NCBI GenBank assembly: GCA_032128875.1
Contig: JAVLKG010000011.1
Span: 1-64,000 of the forward strand
Direction of reading: 5' to 3'
DNA from: Candidatus Melainabacteria bacterium 17Bon1m
GTDB taxonomy: Bacteria; Cyanobacteriota; Vampirovibrionia; Obscuribacterales; Obscuribacteraceae
Length of the DNA: 64,000 nt
A program made the translations under genes and the position numbers. How positions within the stretch are numbered: position 1 is the stretch's first letter; the number at the start of each line of letters is the position of its first letter. Shown here piece by piece: positions 21,145 through 31,400 of this stretch. The notes beneath the pieces were generated by a model, which was given only the letters and a program-made list of their open reading frames with translations, did not search any database and had not been told where the DNA came from.

Positions 21145-22083
21145 TTGGGCTATATGGAATTCGGACAAATCCCTCCTTCTAACCGTGTGCGAAATAAGAG
21201 TGTCCTCAAATCTTTGTATTTGAGCGTACTTTTGTTGTCTGTCTTGATGGTCGTGCCTCTCCTTTCCGGCTGTCAGCAGCCTCAGCCGCCCGATCCACGC
21301 AAGCTCACCCCCATGGTTTCGGTCGAAGGTTCGGACACCATGGGCGATTTGCTCAAGGTATGGTCCCAGGAGTTTATGAAAAACAATCCTGATGTGCCTG
21401 TTTCCATCAACATCGGCGACACTTCTCAGGGAATTGCAGCCTTAATTGCGCGAACTACCGATCTAGCTTCCGCCTCTCGCGACCTGACCGATGAAGAGGT
21501 TGTACTGGCTCACAAACACAAAGTTCGCTTGAGAAAAGTCCCTGTTGCGAGGGACTCAGTCGCTGTGATTGTCAACGCAGACAATCCTGTTAACGACATG
21601 ACCCTGGCTGAGCTAAAAGCGGTGTTCACCGGCGAGATCTCTAATTGGTCAAAGGTTGGCGGAAACGACGAGAAAATCGATGTTCTGGCGCGCGAGACGG
21701 GTTCGGGCACGAGCAAGTTTTTTATTTCGCATGTTTTAAAACGCTCAACAATTGCAAAGTCTGCCACGACTGTTCCTTCTATCGAAACGATGATGGAAAC
21801 GATTGCTAACAACAAGAATGCGATTGGTTACGCCGGCATGGAAGCGCTTGGCGAAAAGCCCGGAAAAATCAAATCGTTGAAATTGCAACTCATAACCGAT
21901 GGTACCGCTGTTGGTGCTACTGCCGCTTCGGCAATCGGTGGGTATCCGCTTAGCCGTCCACTGTTTATGTTCATGGATCATGATGCCAAGCCTTCTGCGC
22001 AGAAATTTATCGACTTTTGCCTGAGTGAGGAAGGCCAAAAACTTGTGGAGAAAGCTGGTTACGCAAGCATCGACCGGAAGTAA
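21145..22083 (+). CDS. pstS: Phosphate ABC substrate-binding lipoprotein (PstS family)
   Basis: Lipobox LLSGC, GSDTM, DLASASR, RETGSGT, NAIGY, YPLSRPLF; start probably downstream of 21145. Confidence 0.88.
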   Translation: MGYMEFGQIPPSNRVRNKSVLKSLYLSVLLLSVLMVVPLLSGCQQPQPPDPRKLTPMVSVEGSDTMGDLLKVWSQEFMKNNPDVPVSINIGDTSQGIAALIARTTDLASASRDLTDEEVVLAHKHKVRLRKVPVARDSVAVIVNADNPVNDMTLAELKAVFTGEISNWSKVGGNDEKIDVLARETGSGTSKFFISHVLKRSTIAKSATTVPSIETMMETIANNKNAIGYAGMEALGEKPGKIKSLKLQLITDGTAVGATAASAIGGYPLSRPLFMFMDHDAKPSAQKFIDFCLSEEGQKLVEKAGYASIDRK

Positions 22084-22151
22084 TTGAGCGTTCACTTTCT
22101 TTCTTTCTTTCTTTCTTTCTGCCGCTCAAATCATTCAATCGCTTCGCATAC

Positions 22152-22754
22152 CTAAGTGCCGGCCGGCTCCCATTCTTTGTCTGGTCCGTAAATGAAATTA
22201 CGTGCGGCATGCAGCATCGCAACAGCGCAGACCAGCGCACAGTTGGGCGATTCCATGTCATCGGTTGTCCACCGCAATCCCTTCTTGACTGTGAAGGTTT
22301 GTTCATCCCAACATACTTCTACCTTATCATCGTCGCCGGATACTAGAAGTTGTTTGTTCACTCGAGAATCGTTCCGTTCAAAGGTTACATCATAGGCTTG
22401 CCTAAAGTCTTCGCCAAGAACGCCAAGCCTGATTTCGACGGGGTGCCAAACTTCTGATTCGCTGATTTTCACACCTTCATGCCTGGCTCTGTCAAATGAC
22501 GCTACTGAAAATTGTAGCCATTGTGAGCCAGTGCCATCACCAGCAGTATCGAATTCATACTTTCGAGGCACATATGGACCCGTCCTAAATTGACCTGCTT
22601 CCACTCTAAAAGTAAACGGGTATTCTACCTGCCCGCCTGGCAATTCAAACTCACCTATTCCGCATTCTTCATGATCAGAACTCAACCGCTGAAACCTAAC
22701 AAGATACGTGTCCTTGTTTACTTCCCTTATAAAAATGGGCTGAATTCGCAGCAC
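22152..22754 (-). CDS. Hypothetical protein, candidate immunity protein
   Basis: Starts 12 bp after the stop of the toxin-like gene, same strand, acidic, no recognisable family. Confidence 0.55.
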   Translation of the reverse strand: MLRIQPIFIREVNKDTYLVRFQRLSSDHEECGIGEFELPGGQVEYPFTFRVEAGQFRTGPYVPRKYEFDTAGDGTGSQWLQFSVASFDRARHEGVKISESEVWHPVEIRLGVLGEDFRQAYDVTFERNDSRVNKQLLVSGDDDKVEVCWDEQTFTVKKGLRWTTDDMESPNCALVCAVAMLHAARNFIYGPDKEWEPAGT

Positions 22755-22766
22755 TTTTTCGTTCCT

Positions 22767-24602
22767 CTAAAATTGGTGAACGGTTTCACCATTCCACACT
22801 GACTGAAGCTGTTCCACAGTCATTTTATACATGGTTCCATCAGGATCTCTAACTTTGACAAGATTTCGCATTTCCATCGGTCCATTTTTGCTGTTCACCA
22901 TGATTGGTCCAGGTTCCAATCCATCTATAACAACTACATGCTGTGCATTACCAAATTTTGCAAACATTGCTCCAAATGGTGGTTTTAGAGTATTTAAGAG
23001 GGTTTCAACTTTTGCTACAGAGTCTGTGTTGAACTTAGAGTGTAGCCACCGATCGTTGCCGAGCTCGTCAGGCAACCACGAAAAAGGAATTTGTGGTTGC
23101 GGATTTCTCTCTAGATATTCCCTGCCCCATCCGGCTTCTAGTTTGGCTCGAAGAGTTTCTTGATGGATTTTGAGCCCCGACAACATTGACCCTACTGCTG
23201 AAACGCATGAATTCTTGTGGGTTTGTTTAACGACGAGTTCTGGGAGACCCTCAACAGGGTCAATGATTTCCCAGAATTTTCCGGCACCAGCGACTTTTCC
23301 CTTGGCTTCAATGTATATTGATTGTTCTCTGGAATGCTTTAGCGATGCTTTGCCGAAAATTCGGTCTAGTGCATGTCCGGCGGCAAGCCCAGTCGCGAAA
23401 AGTGCTGTGTCTGCAATTGGTGGCCCCAATTTTTCTTCGACGACATCTTTCGTTTTCTCGAAATTAGAAGCACTTGGATCTTTGCTCAACTCCCAAAATG
23501 CTGGAGCTGTTTTGCTAAATGCCTCTGCATACTTTGCGCTGATTTGAGTAATCTGCTCCGCCGCTAATGCGATGCCACCGGCTTGCAAGGCGGTGCCGAT
23601 ACCTCGAAGAGCAAGATTTGAGGAGGTTGCGATCACTCCGATTGTTTTGCCTAACAGCATACCTACTGCAAGTCCGGTCATCTGATTCTCGACTTCGTTC
23701 TCGGCGATGAGCTTATGGAGCACTTCTTTGGTTGCGCCCAAACTAGCACCATCAATCAATGCTGCCTTTGATAAGTAGCCTGCGCGCTCCAGAGGGGGTA
23801 AGTTCTTTGCTGCCTGTATCTCGTGCTGGGTCAAAGTGTCTTGATACTTTTGGAGCACAACATCGCAAACGGCTATGTCGTGTATCTTTTCTCGATCAAA
23901 ATCGCTGAGTCTGGTTTGATCATGTTTTTCAAGTTGATGCTTGAAGTTTTTCAGTACTTCTTTGTCGTCTTCCGGACCTAATTTTAAGCTGACGAAACCG
24001 GGGATAGAGCCGGGCATGAAAGTTTTGATATCCGGCAACGGAAATCGAACTTCATTTGGAAACACCGGAGATTTCGAGTATTTCTCGAAAGCAGCTTCCC
24101 GTAGCTTCAAATCCCTAATTTCCAACGAAAGCATTTCGCCGGCTGTTTCGTCTAGAGCAGAAGTGGACAGCCCCTTTTTCTTTGAATTCTCGCGCATCTC
24201 CTGAACGTTTTTGACGAACTTTTTTGTTTCATCCGATAAAGAATGATCATCCGCAAGAACCTTCAGAATGTGAGTATTCGCTTTGTTGTCATGTTTGCGC
24301 GCTTTGGCATCTTTGGGCAGCGTATCGTCAACGGCACTTTCTTTTGCTTTCTTGAGGACTTGCTTTTCCGTTAAAGGATTGTTTCTCGAAACTACCGTGC
24401 CGTCGTTCAACTCAACTTCGAGAGTGCCGCGTTGCGACGGACCTGCCGAGCCGCTAGGCATGTCTTTGTTTCTGCTCAGCGCTTCTTTTACCTGCTTGGA
24501 GTCGACAGCCGCGTTTTCTACACCAAGCTGACTGCCTTTCTCAGCAGATTTGAAGACCTGCTTTTCTTTGGATTCGACGTTTTTAGAGGAATTGTCCGTC
24601 AA
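22767..24602 (-). CDS. Polymorphic-toxin-like protein with C-terminal C39/papain-like cysteine peptidase domain
   Basis: C-terminal KQTHKNSCVSAVGSML...QHVVVIDG...VRDPDG (Q-C-H-D); charged N-terminus; Gly/Ala-rich hydrophobic helices before the tip. Confidence 0.7.
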   Translation of the reverse strand: MTDNSSKNVESKEKQVFKSAEKGSQLGVENAAVDSKQVKEALSRNKDMPSGSAGPSQRGTLEVELNDGTVVSRNNPLTEKQVLKKAKESAVDDTLPKDAKARKHDNKANTHILKVLADDHSLSDETKKFVKNVQEMRENSKKKGLSTSALDETAGEMLSLEIRDLKLREAAFEKYSKSPVFPNEVRFPLPDIKTFMPGSIPGFVSLKLGPEDDKEVLKNFKHQLEKHDQTRLSDFDREKIHDIAVCDVVLQKYQDTLTQHEIQAAKNLPPLERAGYLSKAALIDGASLGATKEVLHKLIAENEVENQMTGLAVGMLLGKTIGVIATSSNLALRGIGTALQAGGIALAAEQITQISAKYAEAFSKTAPAFWELSKDPSASNFEKTKDVVEEKLGPPIADTALFATGLAAGHALDRIFGKASLKHSREQSIYIEAKGKVAGAGKFWEIIDPVEGLPELVVKQTHKNSCVSAVGSMLSGLKIHQETLRAKLEAGWGREYLERNPQPQIPFSWLPDELGNDRWLHSKFNTDSVAKVETLLNTLKPPFGAMFAKFGNAQHVVVIDGLEPGPIMVNSKNGPMEMRNLVKVRDPDGTMYKMTVEQLQSVWNGETVHQF

Positions 24603-24701
24603 GTCGGAATGACCTCAATCTACGGATTCTGCCGTCCTGCATTTCGGAAAAGGACGCCTCGTAAATGAGTTGTACCCGCTTTTCTTGCCTTCTAGAAACC
24701 C

Positions 24702-24989
24702 CTACGGTTCGAACGAAATTACGCTTCCCGTTTCAATTGCCTGTCTGAGCTTGTCGGCCGCTTCTGGATTCATTTTGCTGAGGATTTTGTTCGTTGCTTC
24801 GTAATGCTCGTCATACTGTGATGCACGACTGGCATAATGCTGCAATTCCACCGCAGCTTTTACGTCGCCTTTGCATGCCTTGATCCAGTTGTTGCTGAAG
24901 AATGTCGCCAGCATAGACGTTACTTTATCGTCGTCAATCTCGCCCATGGGAGTCGGTGCGAAAGAGGGCGTAGAGAGAGTTTGGGACAT
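24702..24989 (-). CDS. Hypothetical protein (95 aa)
   Basis: ATG with GAGG upstream; plausible composition. Confidence 0.6.
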   Translation of the reverse strand: MSQTLSTPSFAPTPMGEIDDDKVTSMLATFFSNNWIKACKGDVKAAVELQHYASRASQYDEHYEATNKILSKMNPEAADKLRQAIETGSVISFEP

Positions 24990-25103
24990 GGGAAGACCTC
25001 TGCCTTTGGGATATTGTTAGAGTCCCGCGAGGTATGTGAGCTTTGCGTGAATGTTGCCCCGTACTATTCCCACTCATCGCGCGCAATCGTAATTAGAATC
25101 GCG

Positions 25104-26318
25104 CTATTCCTGCTTGCCGTTGGGATAAAAGATCGAGAGCAGACAAATCAAAACGAAAACACCGCACATCATTTTTTCTGCTTCCGTTATGTTTTTGTAG
25201 TCGCGCCCGCCCATTCCACTTGATACAAGTATCCATAGTCCGAGGACGGCCGCACCTGCCGTGATGACAGCGATTATGTCGCGCCGTAAGCCGGGTGTCG
25301 TGTCGAAAATTCTCATCAAAGGCACTAGCAACAGCACTTGCAATATGATTGCCATTGGTGCCACTACAGCTAGTGGCTTGATTGCCAGGAAGAGAACTGT
25401 TGAAGAAATCAAAGTCGCGAGCCAAACTCCGAAGCATGCGGTTGAAGCTCTCTCGTCCTCTGTGAGGATGCGCTTTCCGAAAGGATCGAGCAACAGCAGT
25501 AAGTTGAAGAATTTGCGCGCGGCGAGTGCCATGATCAGGAAGAGAAACGTTAGTGAGCGCAGCGGGGGCACAAAAATCAAAACAATGGCAAAGACTAGCG
25601 ATGCGCGCCTGTCCATGTCGGAGAGTTTTGCAGTTATGTAGGCGAACGGATAATAAATCGGATTGCGTGCCTTTAGTGCTTCTAAAATGCCATCACGCGC
25701 CCATTTTGAAGTGGGGTTGAGTCGAAGTGCTTCGCGATAATGCTCGGCGGATTCTTTAGGTTTGCCTTGGCGAAACAAAATCGAAGCTTTGTTCGCGTGA
25801 GAAATATCATTCTCCGGGTCGTGCGAAAGCGCTTCATCTACACATTGTTCCGCTTCTTTATGCTTGCCGAGTTTAGTCAAAGCTGACGCTCTGCTGTTTA
25901 AGCAATCAACATTCTGCGGTGAAACTTCAAGCCCAAGTTCTGCCATTCCGAGTGCTTTCTGCCAGTCGTCGCGCATAAGGTGAATCTCTGCAGCCATGCC
26001 AAAGTAAGCGGCATGGTGTGGGTTCAACCGTAGAGCTTCTTCTATTGCGGCAAGGGCTTCTTTCAGCCTGCCCCAGTGATAATAAACGAACGAAATTGCA
26101 TAATGATTCCACGAGCTATCGGGTTCTAAGTTGATGCATTCTTTCGCTTCTTTTATAGCTTCATCAAACCGTTTTTGACCCGCCAGTGCGAGACCCAGCA
26201 TTCCATGCGCATATGAATCATTGGGGTTTTCTGCTATTGCAAGGCGGAACTCATCTTCCGCTAACTTAAAGCGGCGTGAGTCGTAGAGAATGGAGCCTCG
26301 TTCTAAATGATCGGTCAC
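25104..26318 (-). CDS. TPR protein with C-terminal transmembrane segments
   Basis: About six TPRs followed by several hydrophobic segments; 6 bp downstream of the AAA gene. Confidence 0.85.
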   Translation of the reverse strand: MTDHLERGSILYDSRRFKLAEDEFRLAIAENPNDSYAHGMLGLALAGQKRFDEAIKEAKECINLEPDSSWNHYAISFVYYHWGRLKEALAAIEEALRLNPHHAAYFGMAAEIHLMRDDWQKALGMAELGLEVSPQNVDCLNSRASALTKLGKHKEAEQCVDEALSHDPENDISHANKASILFRQGKPKESAEHYREALRLNPTSKWARDGILEALKARNPIYYPFAYITAKLSDMDRRASLVFAIVLIFVPPLRSLTFLFLIMALAARKFFNLLLLLDPFGKRILTEDERASTACFGVWLATLISSTVLFLAIKPLAVVAPMAIILQVLLLVPLMRIFDTTPGLRRDIIAVITAGAAVLGLWILVSSGMGGRDYKNITEAEKMMCGVFVLICLLSIFYPNGKQE

Positions 26319-26324
26319 GACACT

Positions 26325-27701
26325 CTACAGCTTCATGTATTTGACGATGTCATCGTAGGCGCCACCCTGATTGGAGTACAGAGCATAGTTGCGGGCGGTG
26401 GCGAACCATTCTGCCGTGGATGGCTTCACATTTTTGATTGCGCTTTCCAAATCTTTTGTGGTGATTGGCTTGGGCACGCCTTCTTTCATTGCCTGCGAGA
26501 GTTTTGCCTCAACCGCGTGATCCACAACCGAAAAGATATCCGCACCGGAAAACTTATCTGTTTTCTTGGCTAGCAGTTCATAATCAATGTTGTCTACAGG
26601 TTTTCCCTTTAGGGTCAAACGCAGAATATCCGCGCGCGCTTTTTGATCGGGCGGTGGCACAAAGATAATTCGATCGAATCGACCGGGTCTGCGAAATGCG
26701 CTGTCCAAGTGCCACGGCGCATTTGTCGCTGCGAGAATCAAGACTCCTTCATTGGAGTTGTCTACGCCATCTAATTCTTGAAGGAATTGATTGATGGTTT
26801 GGCGTGTTCCGCTTTTGCGCATGTCGCTGCGGCTCGCGGCAAGGGCGTCCACTTCGTCAAAGAAGACTACGCAGGGCGTATTGCGACGCGCACTCTCGAA
26901 AATTTCATGCAAACGTCTTTCACTTTCACCGATAAACATATCCAGAACATCGTTGATGCCAACACTCATGAAATTGGCTTTGATCTCACCTGCGGTGGCA
27001 CGAGCGAGGAATGTTTTTCCACATCCGGGTGGTCCGTACATCAAGATGCCGCCGCCGACCTTCTTTCCGTACTGTTTGAACATCTCCTGATTTTCGAGCG
27101 GATAAATAATCTTCATCCGCACTTGTTCTTTTACGTCTTCCATTCCGCCGACGTTTTCAAAGCTAATATCCGACTTCTCGATATCAATGAAGGTATCGTG
27201 ATCATCTGCATCTTCATTGGAGACGAAATTCTTCAATTTCCCGTCGGCTGTTACAGCTGCCCTGTCTCTCTCATTCGCATTGGACAGCGGTTTATCGGTC
27301 AAACTTAGGAGTTCATGCAGCCCGGCGTCTTTCACTGATGAATCAATTTCCGTCCCGCGAAGGTATGCTTGCCGCGCTTTTTCAAGTTCGCCGAATATAA
27401 TCAACAGCCTCGAATGAATAATAAAGGCTTTGGCTGGCGGTTTTGATTGCTTGATCAGGTCTTCGACAATCACTAGTGCCTGTGAGTATTTGCCTAATTG
27501 ATAGCAGCTGTATGCCAAGCCCAGCTTGGCTGTTTCGTTGCCAGGGGAAAGTGTCAGCGCCGTCGCATATTGTTTTTCTGCTTCGTCGTAACGCGCGCTT
27601 GAGTTGAGTAAGTCGCCCAGGTGGATGCGCAGCGGAGCATTGTCCGGTGACACCTTGAGCGCCTCTTGCAGCGCGTTGATAGATTCTTCGTTGGCAGTCA
27701 T
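26325..27701 (-). CDS. TPR-containing classical AAA ATPase (single AAA module)
   Basis: N-terminal TPRs; VGGMEDVKE, Walker A GPPGCGKT, Walker B FFDEVD, SRH ATNAPWHLDSAFRRPGRFD. Confidence 0.92.
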   Translation of the reverse strand: MTANEESINALQEALKVSPDNAPLRIHLGDLLNSSARYDEAEKQYATALTLSPGNETAKLGLAYSCYQLGKYSQALVIVEDLIKQSKPPAKAFIIHSRLLIIFGELEKARQAYLRGTEIDSSVKDAGLHELLSLTDKPLSNANERDRAAVTADGKLKNFVSNEDADDHDTFIDIEKSDISFENVGGMEDVKEQVRMKIIYPLENQEMFKQYGKKVGGGILMYGPPGCGKTFLARATAGEIKANFMSVGINDVLDMFIGESERRLHEIFESARRNTPCVVFFDEVDALAASRSDMRKSGTRQTINQFLQELDGVDNSNEGVLILAATNAPWHLDSAFRRPGRFDRIIFVPPPDQKARADILRLTLKGKPVDNIDYELLAKKTDKFSGADIFSVVDHAVEAKLSQAMKEGVPKPITTKDLESAIKNVKPSTAEWFATARNYALYSNQGGAYDDIVKYMKL

Positions 27702-28050
27702 GAGATTCCTAAATAGCGAACAATGCGGTTATGAGGCGCCGTACGAAACGACGATGTACTAATAAGCAAACGGTCCAGGGACCAATTTTAGGTCGAAACG
27801 ACAAACACGGTTTGGCAAAGCCCTCCAGTGTGTCCCTTTCTTGATCTTGCCTCTTTTGCCCCCGGTTAAACGCGTTCAGCCGGCACCCGCGTGAGCCATT
27901 TAATCCTTGGTTCGTCCGATATTTAATCTTTTCTGTGCCGAAGTTAACCACTTGACGCGTTACAAAGAGAGCGTTTGCGAGGAACAAAGCAGCTGCGAGG
28001 TCATACCTCATGCGAGGTTTTAACCTCACTGGATACCGGGGGACACTGAG

Positions 28051-28245
28051 ATGAGAAAGCAACTTAGGCACGCAATCGAGAATTCGCTTGATTGGACTAC
28101 CTTGGACAGCTATGGACGTGGCGTTCACGCCCCTCAAAACCCCAATAATGAACATCAGCCTCAAGAGTCGCAAGAGCCCCAACTTGTTTGTAATAGCGGC
28201 GTTTGCGAGCTGACCTGGAAGCCCGGTCGCAGCTCAGTAGCTTGA
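28051..28245 (+). CDS. Small hypothetical protein with CxxGVC motif
   Basis: 64-aa ORF with GGGGGAC upstream; ends VCNSGVCELTWKPGR. Confidence 0.55.
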   Translation: MRKQLRHAIENSLDWTTLDSYGRGVHAPQNPNNEHQPQESQEPQLVCNSGVCELTWKPGRSSVA

Positions 28246-28407
28246 AGCTCGAGATTCACATTCGCCGGTCTGTTTAAGTTCTAAAGCGAATAATAGGCAA
28301 TAATTAGGCTGAGGTTCAGCCTGTCTTACTAATCACAGGGTGCGCCTCGAATTCGAACGAAGCGGTTTTGCTTCACCGGCTTCCCGGCATCCAGGTAAGC
28401 GCCAGCA

Positions 28408-31400
28408 ATGAAATTTCTCGACGCGCTCAAAGAAAAGGTCCTCATCTTCGATGGGGCTATGGGCACGTCTATCCACACTTATGATTTGACGCTCGATGAT
28501 TACGAGGGTGCGGAAAACTGCCCGGAAATTCTGGTTGTTAGCCGCCCGGAAGTAATCAAAGAGATTCACGAGTCGTTTTTCAAGGTCGGTTGTGATGTTG
28601 TGGAAACAGACACCTTCGGCGGCTCGCCCATTGTTTTAGCCGAGTTTGGATTACAAGATAGAGCGTACGAACTCAATAAAAGAGCCGCTGAGTTGGCTCG
28701 TGAAGTCGCCGATGCATACTCTAAGGACGGGCAACAGCGCTATGTTTCAGGTTCGATAGGTCCGACGACAAAGCTTCCATCGCTGGGTCATATCAGCTTC
28801 GACGAGATGTGCGCAGCATATTACGTACAGGTTTCCGGACTTGTCGATGGCGGGGTTGATGTTCTTCAGTTCGAAACCGGACAGGACTTGCTCCAGGCTA
28901 AAGCCGCTGTCGTAGCGATGGTCGATTACTTCGAGAAGATCGGACGAAAGGTTCCAATCATCACTCAAGTTACCATCGAAGCGCCCCCATTAGGAACAAT
29001 GCTCGTCGGTACCGACATATCTGCTGCGCTTGCCACTCTGTGCGCGTTTCCAATTGATGTAATCGGTATCAACTGTGCGACCGGACCAAGTGAGATGATC
29101 GACCCGGTTCAATATTTGACGATGAACACGACGAAGTATGTGTCGTGTTTGCCTAATGCGGGCTTGCCGGAAAACGTAAACGGGCAGACTGTCTACAAGC
29201 TGACTCCAGATGATCTCGCCAATTCATTGAAATATTTTGTCAACGAACTCGGCGTCAATATCATTGGTGGATGCTGCGGAACGACGCCCGCTCACTTGAA
29301 GCGCGTGGTCGAAGTAATTGGACATGTGCCGCCAAAGGTTCGACACCCCGAATACACTCCTGCCGCTGCGAGCATCTATACATCAGTTGCGATGCACGTC
29401 GATCCGGCGCCATTGATAATCGGCGAGCGGACAAACACCAACGGCAGCCGTAAATTCAAACAGCTTCTCAACAAAGAAGATTGGGATGGCATGGTTGCGA
29501 TGGCTCGTGACCAAGAGAAGGAAGGCGCGCATGTGCTGGACGTTTGCACAGCCTATGTCGGCCGCGATGAAGTCAAAGACATGTCGACGTTCATCAGGCG
29601 ATTGAACACTGAATTGCAAATTCCTCAAGTCATCGACTCCACTGAATATCCAGTATTAGAAACAGCGCTCAAACTTATCGCCGGGCGCCCAATCATCAAT
29701 TCCATCAACCTCGAAGATGGCGTCGACAAGATGCTCAAAAAGGTTCGTTTGATCAAACGTTTTGGTGCCGCGACCATTGCTCTCACGATCGATGAAACTG
29801 GAATGGCGAAAGAAGCCGAGAAAAAACTCGAAGTAGCCAAACGCATTTATGACCTCTCGCTTGCAGAAGGGCTGCGCCCGGAAGATTTGATTTTCGATGC
29901 GCTGACATTCACACTCTCCACGGGCAACGAAGATGATCGCAAGCTTGGTCTGGCAACGCTAGACGGCATTCGCATGATCAAAGAAACTTTGCCTGGCGTT
30001 AAAACCGTACTTGGGGTCAGCAATATTTCGTTTGGTTTTGACCCGCATATTCGCCAGATCCTCAATTCTGTCTTTCTGCATTACGCTGTTGAAGCCGGTC
30101 TCGATATGGCTATCGTCAACGCGCAGAAGATTTTGCCTCTCTACAAAATTGATGAAGCCGAGCGCGAATTGCACAGAAAGCTTGTCTTCGATGAGCGCAC
30201 TCCTGACTATGATCCGCTCTTCAAGCTACTCGAGTATTATCAAAACACAGACACCAAGGCTGCGAAGTCGGTTAAGGATAAAGGTCCGCAAGAGATTGAG
30301 GACATTCTTAAAGAGCGCATCATCGATGGCAATCGCGTAGCACTTGAGAAAGATCTCGATATAGCGCTCAAGAAATATGCGCCGCTGGAAATTATCAATT
30401 CGATTTTGCTGGAAGGTATGAAAGTTGTCGGCGATCTTTTCGGCGCCGGCAAGATGCAGTTGCCGTTCGTTCTTCAGTCTGCCGAAACGATGAAGGCGTC
30501 CGTTGCTTACCTCGAACAATTCATGGAAAAGATCGAAGGATCTCAGCGTGGCACGATGGTATTAGCGACTGTCAAAGGTGATGTGCACGACATCGGCAAA
30601 AATCTTGTAGACATTATTTTGAGCAACAACGGCTATAAAGTAATCAATCTAGGCATCAAGCAGCCGATTGAAAACATCATTGCCTCTGCGATAGAGAACA
30701 AGGCCGATTGCGTCGGTATGAGCGGTTTGCTGGTTAAGTCGACCGTCATCATGAAAGAGAATCTGGAAATTCTCAACCAACGCGGTATTGGAATTCCGGT
30801 TATTCTCGGTGGCGCCGCGCTTACACGCCGCTATGTCGAAGACGATTGCCGACGAGTTTATAAAGGCACCCTCTTCTACGGGCAGGACGCATTCGATGAT
30901 TTGAAGATCATGGAAGCGCTTGCAAGCAAAGACGAAGCGATGATCGCAAAGATGATGGGTGCGCAACCTGGACAACATAATCCTGATGCGGATGACGATG
31001 CCGATGACCAGGGCGATGCCGATGGACTGGGGGATGCCGCTGACCAAGGCAAAGCAAATGACCAGAACAATGCCAATGGACAGAAGGATAGTTCTGACAA
31101 GGCGCTTCGGGTTACCGAAAAGAGAACGCAGCCGGAAACGCTTGATTTCAGCCCGGGTGAGCCTGAAGTGCGACCAGCCAAAAATGGAGCAAATTCTGGT
31201 TCTGAGCTGAATGCGCAGTCGAACGCCACTTCTAGTTCGACGACGACTTCAGATGTGAAACGAAACGAAGACACGTTTGCTCCGCCGTTTTGGGGCAGCA
31301 AAGTTGTTGAGGATGTTCCGCTTTCCGAGGTCTTCAAGTTTATCAACGAGAACGCATTGATTCGTGGGCAATGGAGAGTGCGTCAGGGTGACACGTCGAA

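Noticed and set aside
22767-23260. C39 domain as leader peptidase for the MNIO cluster
   Set aside because: It is ~17 kb away, not fused to an ABC transporter, and has a toxin-like architecture.
27709-28182. 157-aa minus-strand ORF upstream of the AAA gene
   Set aside because: Non-ATG start, Arg-rich implausible composition, and overlap with the more plausible 28051-28245 ORF.
27720-28407. Cobalamin or SAM riboswitch upstream of metH
   Set aside because: Only a faint CACTGG...CCGGG resemblance near 28027; no B12 box or SAM-I core visible. An Rfam scan would settle it.
30930-31260. Intein in MetH
   Set aside because: No N-terminal Cys/Ser block, no His-Asn end and no endonuclease motifs; it is a low-complexity linker.
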